A stretch of 63,136 nt of DNA, filler included, from Octopus bimaculoides (GCF_001194135.2; 5 parts of 5 records of this genome joined end to end with filler, not necessarily neighbours in it), one strand, 5' to 3'; positions 1 through 11,528 are shown, numbered from the whole stretch's first letter. The notes: generated by a model from the sequence alone, not told the origin. Numbers and translations: made by a program.

Positions 1-267
1 GCCATCAACCACATAGGGTCGACTTTAGGAGGGACCTTTGTTATTCGTATGTTGGCAGTCCTCATACCCATGTATATAGGTATTAGAATTAAATCTTCTG
101 TTTCCAATGAATTTATCGAGTGCATCTGTGCCGTTTCAATATTTTTTAGTTGTACCTCGATGGTACCAAATTTTTTACCTCTGGTCAGATATTAAAGCAG
201 AATCGTTAGCACGACGGACAAAAATCGTCAGCGGTATTTCTTTCATTTTTCTTTTTTTTATATATTT

Positions 268-473
268 CTTTTACTTGTTTCAGTTATTTGACCGCGGCCA
301 TGCTGGAGCACCGCCTTTAGTCGAACAAATCGACCTCAGGACTTATTCATTGTAAACCAAGTGCTCATTCCATCAGTATCTTTATGCCGAACTGCTAGGG
401 TACTGGGACATAAAACACACCAACATTGGTTGTCAAGCGATGGGGAGAGAACAATCACAGAAACATAAATATG

Positions 474-517
<44 letters not shown>

Positions 518-950
518 TAATTTAGAGAAGAACCACCAAGATGGAATTCAAACAATGAAGGAGATCAGACACCATCAAGAAAAGCGTACTCTTCAAAATA
601 CGCTTCAAAATACGAAGAGTACGCTTTTCTTGGTGTCTGATCTCCTTCATTGTTTGAATTCCATCTTGGTGGTTCTTCTCTAAATTATTAATATATTTTT
701 CATTATATAATTCAATTTGATATTATTAAATTGAATATCCTTGTAAGTTCGGGTTTTGACATTCCCTAACATTATAATGTTTATATATATATACGACGGG
801 CTTCTTTCAGTTTCCGTCTAGCAAAACCACCCAGAAGGGTTTGGTCGGCCCGAGGCTATAGTAGAAGACACTTGCCCAAAATGCCACGCAGTGGGCCTGA
901 ACACAGAACCGTGTGGTTGGTAAGCAAGCTTCTTACCACACAACCACTCA
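268..950 (-). mobile_element. tRNA-derived SINE family A (head + internal microsatellite + tail), interrupted by a nested insertion at ~509-790
   Basis: Tail (268-470; CATGCTGGAGCACCGCC...GTTGTCAAGCG) and head (790-950; GGGCTTCTTTCAGTTTCCGTCT...CTTGCCCAA...CTTACCACACA) match the contiguous copies at 24043-24420 and 46546-46918. Confidence 0.85.
511..694. repeat. Near-perfect fold-back palindrome (81/84-bp arms, 19-nt loop)
   Basis: 511-594 is the reverse complement of 614-694 apart from one 3-nt indel; a tandem CTTCAAAATACG x2 (591-614) spans the loop. Confidence 0.95.
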
Positions 951-1095
951 CGTTCTGAGTTCAAATGAAGTTGAGGGTGACTTTGCATTTCATCCTTTCG
1001 GGGTCAGTGAAATAAAGTACCACTCACTTATAATCAAGGCGTAATCGATTATGCTCCTCTCGTTGCTAGCCTTGTGCCAAAACTTGAAATATTTA
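951..1095 (+). mobile_element. SINE family B fragment (degenerate)
   Basis: CGTTCTGAGTTCAAAT...CTTTGCATTTCATCCTTTCGGGGTC matches the well-preserved copy at 18505-18738. Confidence 0.75.
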
Positions 1096-1334
1096 ATGTC
1101 TCTTGCAGTGAATACATTAACTATAAAATACAGTAAATATATTCGACAGTAAATCCTCTGATCTAAGTCCTCAGTGGGAGTTACTTTATTAACATAAAAT
1201 ATTTTAATTGTTGAGTGGTGGCCACTACTCTTTCTGACTGATATATTGCTGTATAGTGAAACTGTACACCCCTCTCGGTAAAAAAGTGGTAGCTGCCAAC
1301 CATCATAAATAGCCCAGTTGCCGGTCGGCAGAAA

Positions 1335-3057
1335 AAGGTCGAGAGTACGCGACTTCCTGTTTATGGTTGTTCAGTTGCACTGTTGGATTTGTTTGGTACA
1401 CACGTGTTTTATGTTTGTTTTTTGTTTTTCTTTTTGTCCTGGTGGAGCGACGTTTTGTCTCTTGTGTGATGGAGGCGCGTCGCGCGAAAAGTCGGGAGAC
1501 TTTCAAGTATTTCTTCCCTAGAATGTGATTCGTCTGAGGAGGAATTAGTTGAATACTTAAACAAGATGGACAACGAAATGGAGAAGAGGAATTATGCAGC
1601 GGCGGCTAGAGAAACAATTGAAGAAGTGAACCTGGAAGAGTTGAGTGAGTTCAAGAAAATGCTTGAAAGGTAGGGGAACGAACTGAAGGTATCCCCCACC
1701 CCCAAAAAAGTATTAAAGGACAAAGACGAAAGAACAATTGTATACAAAACTTACACCAAATTGGTGGTCTCAGAAACACAGGTGGAAAAGGTACTGAGGT
1801 TAGTCTGGCAGGAGGTAGCATACATTGCCAGGAGTAGAAAATATGGATCGGTGGAGGTGCAGTTTAAGGAGAGAGTGACTGCCAGACTATACTCGGCCAC
1901 ACCGCTGAAGACATGAGGTGTTACTTCTACCCATGTACTTTGGGAGACGTACTTTCAGGGTTCGGGTGAAAGACATACCTCCAGAGGTGAATGTGGCCTG
2001 GCTGGTGGCTGCCATACTGCTGGGAATGGAAGAGAAGGTGGTGGTACAAATCGCAGAGGAGGATTTGGAAAAAAAATGGTCGAAAGCATCACAGTGGGAG
2101 AGTTGACTTAAAAGGTTAGAGTGGGAGGGAGGATTCTGCGATAATAGAAATGTGGCCTTTTAGGCTACATTAGAGCGGAGTTTCCTCCACCACTAGAAAA
2201 GAAAAAGGAGAGACAGGAGGAAAAGAGGTTGGTGTTACACCGCCAGTGGAGGAAGAAGTAAGTGAGGTGGAACCACAGAAGAAAACAGGCACCAGTATGG
2301 AGGAGGAAGAATCAAATACCAGTTAGGAAATGGTGGAGAAAAAGAGCAGGAAGAGGAGAAAAAAGACACACAATGTAAAAGATGACCCCCAACCCACATC
2401 CACCCGGCCCTCACCCACACCCACACCCACTCTACCCCAACCATTCCCTACAGACACCAACCTCTCCCATGCTGAATCTGACAAAAAAACTATGGCAAAC
2501 ACACGAGGGCCTCAAAACTACCCACCCCGCCCTGTAATGAAAAATTCGTTTTAATGTACAATGGACAGATTGAGGAACTGGATAAGGAAGTAAATTCGTG
2601 GGGCAGAACAGTCAAAGTGGATATAACAGGTGTAAGGGGTTCGCCCGAGAACGATTATTGTGTGCTGACGGACCTGGAGAACCTATGGAAGGTGCATAAG
2701 TATATAGAGAACTGTAACTGCGAACGGTGGTCAAAAAAAAAAAAAATAGACACCAGCACAATGCCGAAAGGTATGTGGACATTTTAAAAATATATAATGT
2801 AGACATTTTGGAAAAAGAGACGGATTAACTATTGTGTAAATAATTGTGTTTAAATGATATATGAAATTGGCTATTACAAAGGATAATGCAAATGGTGTTG
2901 CTACAGGTTCAATGAAGTCGCTCGGGGGTGGGGACCGAGTGACTTCATTTTATCTTTCATTGTATAATTTCATTCATTTTTTTTTTGTCCCCACTATGTG
3001 CTGTTCCCTCTGTGTAAGGCCTTTATGGCCATAAAATAAAATAAAATAAGGTCGAGA
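1335..3057 (+). mobile_element. Non-autonomous L1/Tx1-like non-LTR retroelement with 10-bp TSD
   Basis: AAGGTCGAGA at 1335-1344 and 3048-3057 flanks a 1.7-kb insert ending in an (AAAAT)n tail; the insert holds a decayed ORF1-like frame and no EN/RT motifs. Confidence 0.7.
1470..2106 (+). pseudogene. Decayed L1/Tx1-type ORF1 (nucleic-acid-binding, RRM-like) frame
   Basis: Manual translation gives ...MDNEMEKRNYAAAARE...MLER*(1671)GNELK...YIARSRKYGSVEVQFKERVTARLYSATPLKT, a frameshift at ~1914, then VLLLPMYFGRRTFRVRVKDIPPEVNVAWLVAAILL. The pattern resembles Tx1/L1 ORF1. No search run. Confidence 0.6.
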
Positions 3058-3257
3058 ATATGTGTAGAGTTGATAGTCATGTCTGTGTTGATGTAGAGCA
3101 ATTATGCTGTGATACTGAGTGGACATTATAATGATCCAACCTGGGGGGTCGTGCAATGCCAAACAAGAACCATTCTGTCGACGACTTGGGAATATAACAA
3201 CATCTGTCAGAGTGACAACCGTCGTCAAAAGACAGATACAACAGTGGAAAAAGACCC

Positions 3258-3692
3258 CTTCCACCTAGGACAACCCCCCACCGAGAAAATCCCCACCTAT
3301 GACAAACCTGCCACCTAAGACAACCCTCCTACTTAGGAGAAACTCCCTACCTAGGACAACTCCCACTTAGGACAAATCCTACACCTAGGACAAACCCCCA
3401 CCTAGGACAAACTCGCCATCTAGGACAAACTCCCTACCTAGGACAAACTCCCACCTAGGACAAACCCCCACCTAGGACAGACTCCCACCTAGGACAAACT
3501 CCCACCTAGGACAAACTCCCATCTAGGACAAACCCGCCATCTAGGACAAACCCCCACCTATAACAAACCCGCCATCAAGGAAACCCCTACCTAGGACGAC
3601 CCCCACACCTATGACAAATCCCCCACCTAGAATGAACCCCCACCTAGGACAAACTCCCCACCACCTAGGACAGCCTCCACCTAGGACAAGCC
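3258..3692 (+). repeat. Minisatellite, ~18-21-bp unit ACCTAGGACAAAC(T/C)CCCC
   Basis: Roughly 20 tandem degenerate units with a recurrent CCTAGGACAA core. Confidence 0.95.
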
Positions 3693-3840
3693 CAATGGTG
3701 GTCATGATGATGGTGATGATGATGATGATGATGATGGTGATGATGGTGATGGTGATGATGATGATGGTGGTGAAGATGATGACAGCTTAGGGTGCTATGT
3801 AAAAACTAACATTAATATGTATCTATGTATGTATGTATGT

Positions 3841-4212
3841 TCTTTCCTGTTTTTAATTATTTAAATGTTTCCTTTGAAGGAGTTAGTTTCTAAAAAAGAT
3901 ACAAAGCTCCATCGTTTTACTGTCCCGATTGCAGATTGTATTTGCAATGTCCGAGTCAGTTGATTTCTTTTTCTGCAAATCCAAGCTTATCCACACTGAC
4001 AGTCAAGCATTTACTTACAACACCAACTGCGCCAATTATTCTTGGTATAAACATAGATTTGTAATCCAGATATAAATGCTGGTGGTTTCGAAGCAGTTGT
4101 CCATAGTGATTATTTCTCTCTGATTTTTTAAAGAGATATTCACATCAGCAGGACAACTGACCTCTGTCAGGTTGTCCCAAACAACAATATCCGGCCTGTT
4201 ATGCTTACACTT
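3841..4212 (-). mobile_element. R4/Dong-clade (RLE-type) non-LTR retrotransposon 3' fragment 1
   Basis: Minus-strand translation KCKHNRPDIVVWD..EVSCPADVNISLK/fs/YGQLLRNHQHLYLDYKSMFIPRIIGAVGVVSKCL..DKLGF shows the restriction-like endonuclease signature (RPD..D/E..K); borders (TATG)n. Confidence 0.8.
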
Positions 4213-4438
4213 GAGAGCTGGACAACTTCTTCGAAACCTCCAGCTTCTATATCCGGATTATGTATGTATGTATGTATTTATGTATGTATGTATGTATGTA
4301 TGTATGTATGTATGTATGTATGTATGTATGTATGTATACATCTGCGTATATATGGATACATTTGTATATGTATGTATGCATGCACGCATGTGTGTGTGTA
4401 TGTATTATGGACGTATGTATGTGTGTGGATGTATGTAC

Positions 4439-4797
4439 GTCATTGTTCGGTTTTATTTCAAGATTTCTTTCCACAAGAGAAAGAGCCGGTTTCTAACCTA
4501 AATTCAAGGCTCCTTCATTGGAATTTCAATATCAACAACAGGGTTTTTTTTTTTCCTATTTATGCATATATATGTGCAGATTTGTATGTTTTGCTTTATG
4601 TATGTATTCTCATGCAAAAAGTTGCATATCTAGACAGTCTCTTATATACTTAATTGCTAAACTTCTGGAAAGTTTTACAGATTTTTACAGTTCCAGTAAT
4701 GGGTCTGTAGTCTTCGAAACAGCTTTCTCCTTTCTGGTTTTGCGAAGCCTAATTTCTCAAGATTAATATTTAAGCAGTGTGTTATATATTCCAGGAT
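4439..4797 (-). mobile_element. R4/Dong-clade LINE 3' end fragment 2 (ORF C-terminus + 3' UTR)
   Basis: YITHCLNINLEKLGFAKPERRKLFRRLQT/fs/GTVKICKTF is homologous to the C-terminus of fragment 1 (CLTVSVDKLGFAEKE...LQIQSAIGTVK); (TATG)n on both sides. Confidence 0.75.
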
Positions 4798-4845
4798 ATG
4801 TATGTATGTATGTATGTGTGTATGTATGTATGTATGTATGTATGT

Positions 4846-5225
4846 GTGGAGGCGCAATGTCCCAGTGGTTAGGGCAGCGGACTCGCGGTCATAGGATCGC
4901 GGTTTCGATTCCCAGACCGGGCGTTGTGAGTGTTTGTTGAGCGAAAACACCTAAAACTCCACGAGGCTCCAGCAGGGGATGGTGGCGAACCCTGCTGTAC
5001 TCTTTCACCACAACTTTCTCTCACTCTTACTTCCTGTTTTACTTGTAATTCAAAGGGTCAGCCTTGTCACGCTGTGTCACGCTGAATATCCCCGAGAACT
5101 ACGTTAGGGGTACACGTGTCTGTGGAGTGCTCAGCCACTTGCACGTTAAATTTACGAGCAGGCTGTTCCGTTGATCGGATCAACTGGAACCGTCGACGTC
5201 GTAAGCGACGGAGTGCCAACAACAA
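4846..5225 (+). mobile_element. tRNA-derived SINE family C, full length
   Basis: tRNA-like head with A box (CCCAGTGGTTAGG) and B box (GTTTCGATTCC), unique body, (AAC)n tail; embedded in (TATG)n. Confidence 0.8.
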
Positions 5226-5749
5226 ATGTATGTATGTATGTATGTATGTATGTATGTATGTATGTATGTATGTACGTATGCATGTATGTATGTATTGTTT
5301 GCTTTATACATACATAATATTTAGCGGAAAATTATTAAGCAAGATCTCTGACTACACAAGCAGAGTATCGTGTTTATCTTCACAAGACGTTTGACAGTTA
5401 TCTATAGAAACAATTATCTGAAGACCAACTTTAAAATGTTTCATTAAAATTTCCTTTCGATTGATCTTTTAATGTAATCTCACTTTCACTTTCACATCTT
5501 TTTTTTACATGCGTGCCTGATTAATCAACAGAATAACACTCCTCGATGTTTTTTTTATTATTATTCTGTTTGCATGATCCTTCATGCGAATTCGTGAGTT
5601 GAAACAAAATTTTATTGTGTCTAAGGAGAGTCATTATGCCAATATTATTACGACACTGGTTCAATTCCACTCATTTGTAAAATATCCGTTTTTTTTTTGT
5701 CAAAGCTCTTCCGTTGCTTTTTTTTTTTTTTGCAACCTTCTCTTTTGTT

Positions 5750-6075
5750 TATTGTTCCTCTTATCATCTTCACCACCAACATCACCACCACCACCACCAC
5801 CACCACCATCATCATCATCCTCATCAATGCCGTATTTTTTCTATTATTTCTCTTCTTCAACCTTCTCTTTTCCTCTGACACTTAAATATCTCCGCTCCTT
5901 TTCCTTCTCTATGTTTACAACTACACAAATATCAACTATGTTTTTGCTTTAAAATACGTATTGGGGCTATTTTACTACTACTACTACTACTACTAAAGAT
6001 GTTACCGCTGCTAATTTTGCTGCTGCTACCGCGACGACGACGACGACGACGACAACAACAACAACAACAATAACA
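5750..6075. repeat. Compound trinucleotide tracts (CAC/CAT; TAC/GCT/GAC/AAC)
   Basis: Visible runs at 5770-5825 and 5970-6075; another (ACT)n(GCT)n at 6535-6690. Confidence 0.9.
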
Positions 6076-6079
6076 TCTA

Positions 6080-6480
6080 TTACTATTGGAGAATCAGCGC
6101 CAAGCAATGATGAGGAATAAGCGAACTTTACGTTCATAAAAATATGTTTTGGAACATATTTTGACTTCTGAAGGAAAGTTCACTGCGGTTACTATAGAGA
6201 GAAATCCTCTCTTATAGCTAAAGCTGTAAGCGTCGATACTACTGTATTTATCCTGCTCAGGCGGTCCGTGAACGCAATTGGTCACTATTTGAAGATAAAG
6301 CTATGTCTTAGGAATTTATCCAGAGTTGCCTCTCCTCGGTATCTCCTACTGAGGAAGGCTAAGGAGCCAGAAACACTCCTGGCAGTCTGCTAGGGGAAGA
6401 CATTGAGCAGATATGCTGTTTTTACACCTTTTGCCATAAGCAACAAATTTTTTTCTCCACGGTAATTGCAATGAATTTGC
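6080..6480 (+). mobile_element. Probable Penelope-like terminal (pLTR) fragment
   Basis: Contains a hammerhead-like core at 6342-6397; bounded by simple repeats; no coding motif seen. Confidence 0.45.
6342..6397 (+). ncRNA. Degenerate type I hammerhead-ribozyme-like motif
   Basis: Helix I TCTCCTA/TAGGGGA (7 bp), core CTGAGGA, helix II GGCT-aagg-AGCC, GAAAC; helix III and NUH triplet imperfect. Confidence 0.4.
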
Positions 6481-6578
6481 CTTTACATGTTAAAATACAT
6501 TACGAACATACTTTAACTAATATACTTTAACTAACATACTACTACTAACTACTAACTACTACTACAACTATAACTACT

Positions 6579-6664
<86 letters not shown>

Positions 6665-6864
6665 TTCTGCTGCTGCTGCTGCTGCTGTTGTATTCATTCT
6701 AATAGCAACGCGAAAGGAAAAGAGAAAGAATAAGTGAAGAAATACATAAAAACAAGTAAATACCTAACTATCAAAACTCTACACCAGCATACAAGCTATA
6801 ATCACCCAACCAGAACGACTGGTCTGTGCAAAAAGAACAGCACCACAACATGCATATATATGTG

Positions 6865-6905
<41 letters not shown>

Positions 6906-7049
6906 GCAGAGATAGCCGGCGTTGCTCGTGATTAAAATGGCATAGTTTGTATATAATATATTACAGTTATGTTGAAACAAGTGATGTGGGAAAGTGCAGC
7001 ATTGACAATGAAACATTTGTGGAGTAAATGATGGGCTAATTCGACTAAG

Positions 7050-7864
7050 CAACATGCTATGCATCCGTTTGGAGTATTTCAGGGCCTAGACTGTGGGGGT
7101 TATGTGATTTTTGAACGCACCGAGAAGCTGTCAGTGGATATATTCTCTTTTGCAGCGGTCGGCGCTGTGTGTAACACGACCCATCATCTGAAATGTTGAC
7201 ACCTCTTTCGGGTTTGGTGCTCTACATCACTCATAAAGTAAATTTGGAGGAACTGTGGTTGTTCATTTATGGGTAACAGGGAACCAATGAGATGATAGAC
7301 TTGCCCTTGAACTTTGACGTCGTCGTAAATACATGTTTATTCATCTTCTTAGATGCACTAAACGATGTCATTTGCAGAGTTGTATTGTTGTCTGATATTG
7401 TTCAGAAAATCCTTTGACTGGATGGAAATGCCTTCGAGAAGATCCATAAGAGGTTGAGAAGGAGCTGGTAGTGCTGGCGATGTTACCTGACCGCCTGAGC
7501 AACACATATCATTTGTTTCGTTTGAAAATGTTAAAGCTCTACAGAAAAGACAATTTGTGTTTACCACACCAATGTGGAGAGAGTTATTATTTTTATAAGA
7601 ATAGGATGGATCATATATGAAAACAGCTTCAGGAGTTGTTAAGAACAAATTTGTACGTAGTCTGTTTCTGAGAGCTATTGTATTGGACCTCTAATCATTA
7701 AAATACTGATTTAATGATCCAGCATTAAGTGCTGCAACATGCATTAGCTGATCTTGAGAAAATCTCATCTAGCTTCTCTCTTCAGACTCTCGACTTCGGT
7801 TTTCTACAATCCTCTTTGCTTTATACTTTTTTCTGGAGAGATTACGTCTTTTCTTTGGTGGCAT
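7050..7864 (-). pseudogene. Second, diverged Helitron RepHel N-terminal fragment
   Basis: Starts MPPKK at 7864, like the main copy; AVFIYDPSYSY...MCCSGGQVTSPALPAPSQPL...FLNNIR..YNSA; KVQGQVYHLIGSLLPINEQPQFLQIYFMSD (manual translation ~7190-7310). Confidence 0.85.
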
Positions 7865-8240
7865 TTTTTTTCCAATATTGTAAACAAAATATTATGAAGA
7901 TAGAAAGAAATTATACATTAATCCCTACACATACACATACACACACACACACACATAGCGACAGGCAGGCAGTTCTCAACAGGTCAATAACATGTTTTCT
8001 CCGATGGTCTCACTGTTAAAATTAAAAATAAAAAAAAAGAAACAGGTAATTCTCTTTCTTGCAATCACCTTCAATTCTCAGTACTTATTTGAAACACGTT
8101 GAACCTGAAAATGCATAAATTTGAGAAGAAATGGCCTGCAGGTGCTCCTCTCCTGTTAATAAGTACATTTAGCCAAAATTCTATCAGATGACGTGAGTAT
8201 AAAGAAATGTATTGAAACAAATCCAGAAATCAATCACAGT

Positions 8241-10576
8241 TTAATCGATGTTTTGAGTGTGTCCTTTAATTGGTGTACAAATGAAAAGATTTTGTGGACT
8301 TTCAACTCGTGAACATCCTACATATAATTGCCCATGAGAGAAGCAAGGAGAAGCAAGGAGAAGTCCAACAACCTCGAGAGACAGTCTTTGAGATTTGTTT
8401 ATTGACATAGCGAAACTTAGTTTCACTGGCAACTGAAACCGTTTAAATTCAAAGGGGCGATCATATCGGATTTACGGGATCCGTGGAATGAAGGCATCCT
8501 CACCCTTATAGTTCCCGGTTATAATTATCGCTTCTAGGACATGGTTATAATCATCGCTTCTAGATCGAGATTTCTGAGCAGCATGATTGGGGCCCCCTTT
8601 TTAAGTGTTAAGTGGTGAGGTGGCACCCCAGATGGCTGTGGAGAGTTTAGGAACTCGGTTGGAAAAACTACAGCCTGGTCCTGATCAATGACAGTGTCGA
8701 TGAATTTGAAAGACTGTTCCTGTCCTGGAAACAGCTGCAAGAGATTCCAGTTGATTTTGTTGATAGCATCATTACGTGGAGCTAACATGGCTCGCTCACA
8801 GAGCCATTGACTGTTGCTAAAGTTTTGTGCAATGTTTGGGAGCATATACATTATGAGATCATTGAGAGTTGGTACCCTCTCACCACAGGGTAGTTGGTGT
8901 TGCAGCATTTGGTTGACATATGGTAGTTTCCCATTCCCTATCTTCAAAAGCTGGTGTGAAAACAGCCCGGCAGTTTGACCACCAAATGTGATGTTTGTAA
9001 TAAGTGCTAACATCTTTAACAGCTTTTGCCAAAACACACGTGTCAAAAGGTCCTGCCTATAGTGAGAACGTTGTCCTGGTCAAAGCAGGGCCTTGATTTC
9101 ATCCCACAGAGTGTTGCAAGCGAAGGTCATGAAAAGGCCGGGCCGTCCATATATCCTGACATATATCATTGCATCCTGTGTTCTCTCGTGCATATACTGA
9201 GGGATTCCTGTGAATGTAGATGGCAGAATGATCAACTGTCCCATGTTGCTGACATCACAGTCCACTGCAATGGCATCGCGCAGGTGGACATATGACTTTG
9301 CACGTAGCTTTTTCTGGTGTTGTCGAATGAAGAGAAGGCATTCGCTCTCAACCTTTGCATAGACATCAACAATGAGTTCATGGAAGAGGTCACGGTACTG
9401 CAGAAGATGGTTTGGATTGGCAGGGCAGATCATTAGCATGTAAGGCTAGTAGTCATTAGCTGAGACCTTCTTGTTAGTGGGCTGTTTTATGGTGGGATCT
9501 ATTTGTGAAATGTTAAAATGATATCCATCTTGCCCTTGCCAGAAGATTAGTGGTGACTGCAGAGCATCATATGACCGATAAGTTTCTGAATCAGGCGTCA
9601 GCCTGGAATCTCGCTGATGAATGATGATGTCTCGGCGATTGTGTTGTTCACTAACCAGGAGAATGGTCACTTCTTTCGCAGCTGGTGCATTGAAACGACG
9701 TTCATGCACACCTAGTGGTCTCTTATCTGACTTGATTACTGCGTTAAACCCACCCTTTAGACGTGGACGTTCCATTTCTGCCTTGAAGCTTCTTACTAGA
9801 TCATTGTGGGTGCGGAGCATTTCTTGCAAAGGTTTTACAGTTTTTCAGTCAAGATTTTGAAAGTTTTGACATCGTCTGTCACATTGTTGCTGTGAATCTC
9901 CCATGAAGTAAATCTGGAGGAACTTGGCAGGCTCATTAGACTGTGGCATGAGGAAGCCAATGAGGTGATAAACTTGTCCTTGCACTTTAAAAGTAGGCAT
10001 AAATTCAGGCTCTACAACTTCCTTACTTGCTCCAAATGAGGTCATTTGGAAGGCTGAGTTGTACAGTCGGATCTTGTCTAGGAAACCTCTAGAATCGGGT
10101 ACATTACCTTCCAATAGATCCCTGAGAGGCTGTGGGGGAGGTTGAAGCAAAGGTAGTGTCCCTTTGCCGTTGGAGCAGCACGTCCCAAAAATCTCAGCAG
10201 GAAATTTCCTCGCACCGTAGTGGGTACACGAAACAGATAGATCCCTAATTAATACTACTGAATCGTTGAGGTAGTTTTTTGAACGATCATAGTAGAAAGC
10301 AGCACGGGGCTCAGAAAAACAGAACGATGGTGGTGGTATACGGCCAACTTCATGCATGGTCCTGTCTTTGGCAAACTTTTCGGCACGATACTCTAAAGAT
10401 TCCATTTGCCGAGCAGTTTCAATCCTCGCTTGGTTTTTTGCTAGCTTCTGATTTCGTTCTTCATCAGACTCTCTAAGGCGCGCAGTTACCTTGCACTTTG
10501 CAGTAGAGGTCTTCCATGACCTCTCAGCACTTTTCTTGGGTGGCATTCTATAAAGAAATGGGGGAAATGATGTCAC
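8241..10576 (-). pseudogene. Helitron Rep-helicase pseudogene (frameshifts, stops, large internal deletion)
   Basis: Segments 9845-10576 (CCSNGKGTLP, YNSAFQMTSFG, FKVQGQVYHLIG), 9446-9829 (YDALQSPLIFWQGQDGY), 9080-9439 (ILPSTFTG, LFMTFACN), 8534-9046 (LAPRND, LKKGAPIMLLRNL), 8241-8432 (FAMSINKSQ, SHGQLYVGCSRV) are hallmark Helitron Rep and PIF1-helicase motifs. Confidence 0.92.
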
Positions 10577-11528
10577 AACTACTATGTAGTGTTAGTTGTC
10601 AACATACAAGTATAATTACTCACATTGGGTTTAAAATAGAAATACCCAGTGTTAATAAGTCGAGCTGTGCCAAGAATAATCACATCAGATTTAAATGTGA
10701 AATATCAATAAGAGGACTTGTTCCCAAAATATCCGAAATGTGTATTTGAAAATCAATGTACAATATGAATTGAAGTACGTCATTCAATTAATTAAGAAAA
10801 TGGCGTCTATCTCCGTATGAAATTTGTTTCTCACAAACACACTCACGTAACTATATATCTTCTGTATATGAAACAGATCTGTTGACAATCGAACAATTAA
10901 ATGAAAGGAAAGGCGTTTATCTCCGTATGAAATGTTTTTTCTCACACACAAACAAATTAACCTGTACGTACAGATACACAAATAGAAAGCTAGAAAAGAA
11001 TATGAAAAATGAAAGTAACTTAGGAAATTCTTTTTTATCAGAAATCGTTCCAAGTGTAATGATGTGTACTTAGTTACTACGTCAGGACGCCAAACACAGG
11101 AAGTTGAAATTGACAAAACGGTTTCAAGAAGTGAATATTTATATATAAAGCAATATTATTTATTTTTAATAAAAAAATAAATCAAGACCGTATTATTCTT
11201 TCCAAGGTCGAATTATTCATGTATCCCAAGTATGGTACAGATTGATCCAGAAGTTTGAGTGTGCATAGAGGACACACACACACAACGTATTTTATATAGT
11301 AAGATTGTAGGTCTTTTATTACATAATTATTTGTTTATCTATTTATTGATAGGATGGCTACTATTATTCCGCACACCCCTATAATAGAATCTGAGTCTTT
11401 GTGTCTCTATCACACATCCTTTTGGAAATATATAAATACCTAGGTGACCTTACAGTTTGCTTTTGATCCTAAAATTCTTGTTGAATTGGATTAAAAGATA
11501 AACGGAACTAACTCTATCTTAATTGCAG

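Larger units (their letters stand above)
6903..11305 (-). mobile_element. Composite Helitron (rolling-circle transposon), 4.4 kb, both termini present
   Basis: 5' end A|TCTTACTATATAAAAATACG at 11305; 3' end CACGAGCAACGCCGGCTATCTCTGCTAC|T at 6903-6930 (decayed hairpin, CTAG>CTAC); A|T target; RepHel remnants inside. Confidence 0.85.

Noticed and set aside
4851-4925. tRNA gene
   Set aside because: A/B boxes present but no convincing acceptor stem or terminator, and it continues into a SINE body with a simple-repeat tail; the same applies to the other SINE heads.
7140-7260. Strong plus-strand acceptor TTCTCTTTTGCAG
   Set aside because: All three downstream frames hit stops, and the region is explained by the minus-strand Helitron fragment.
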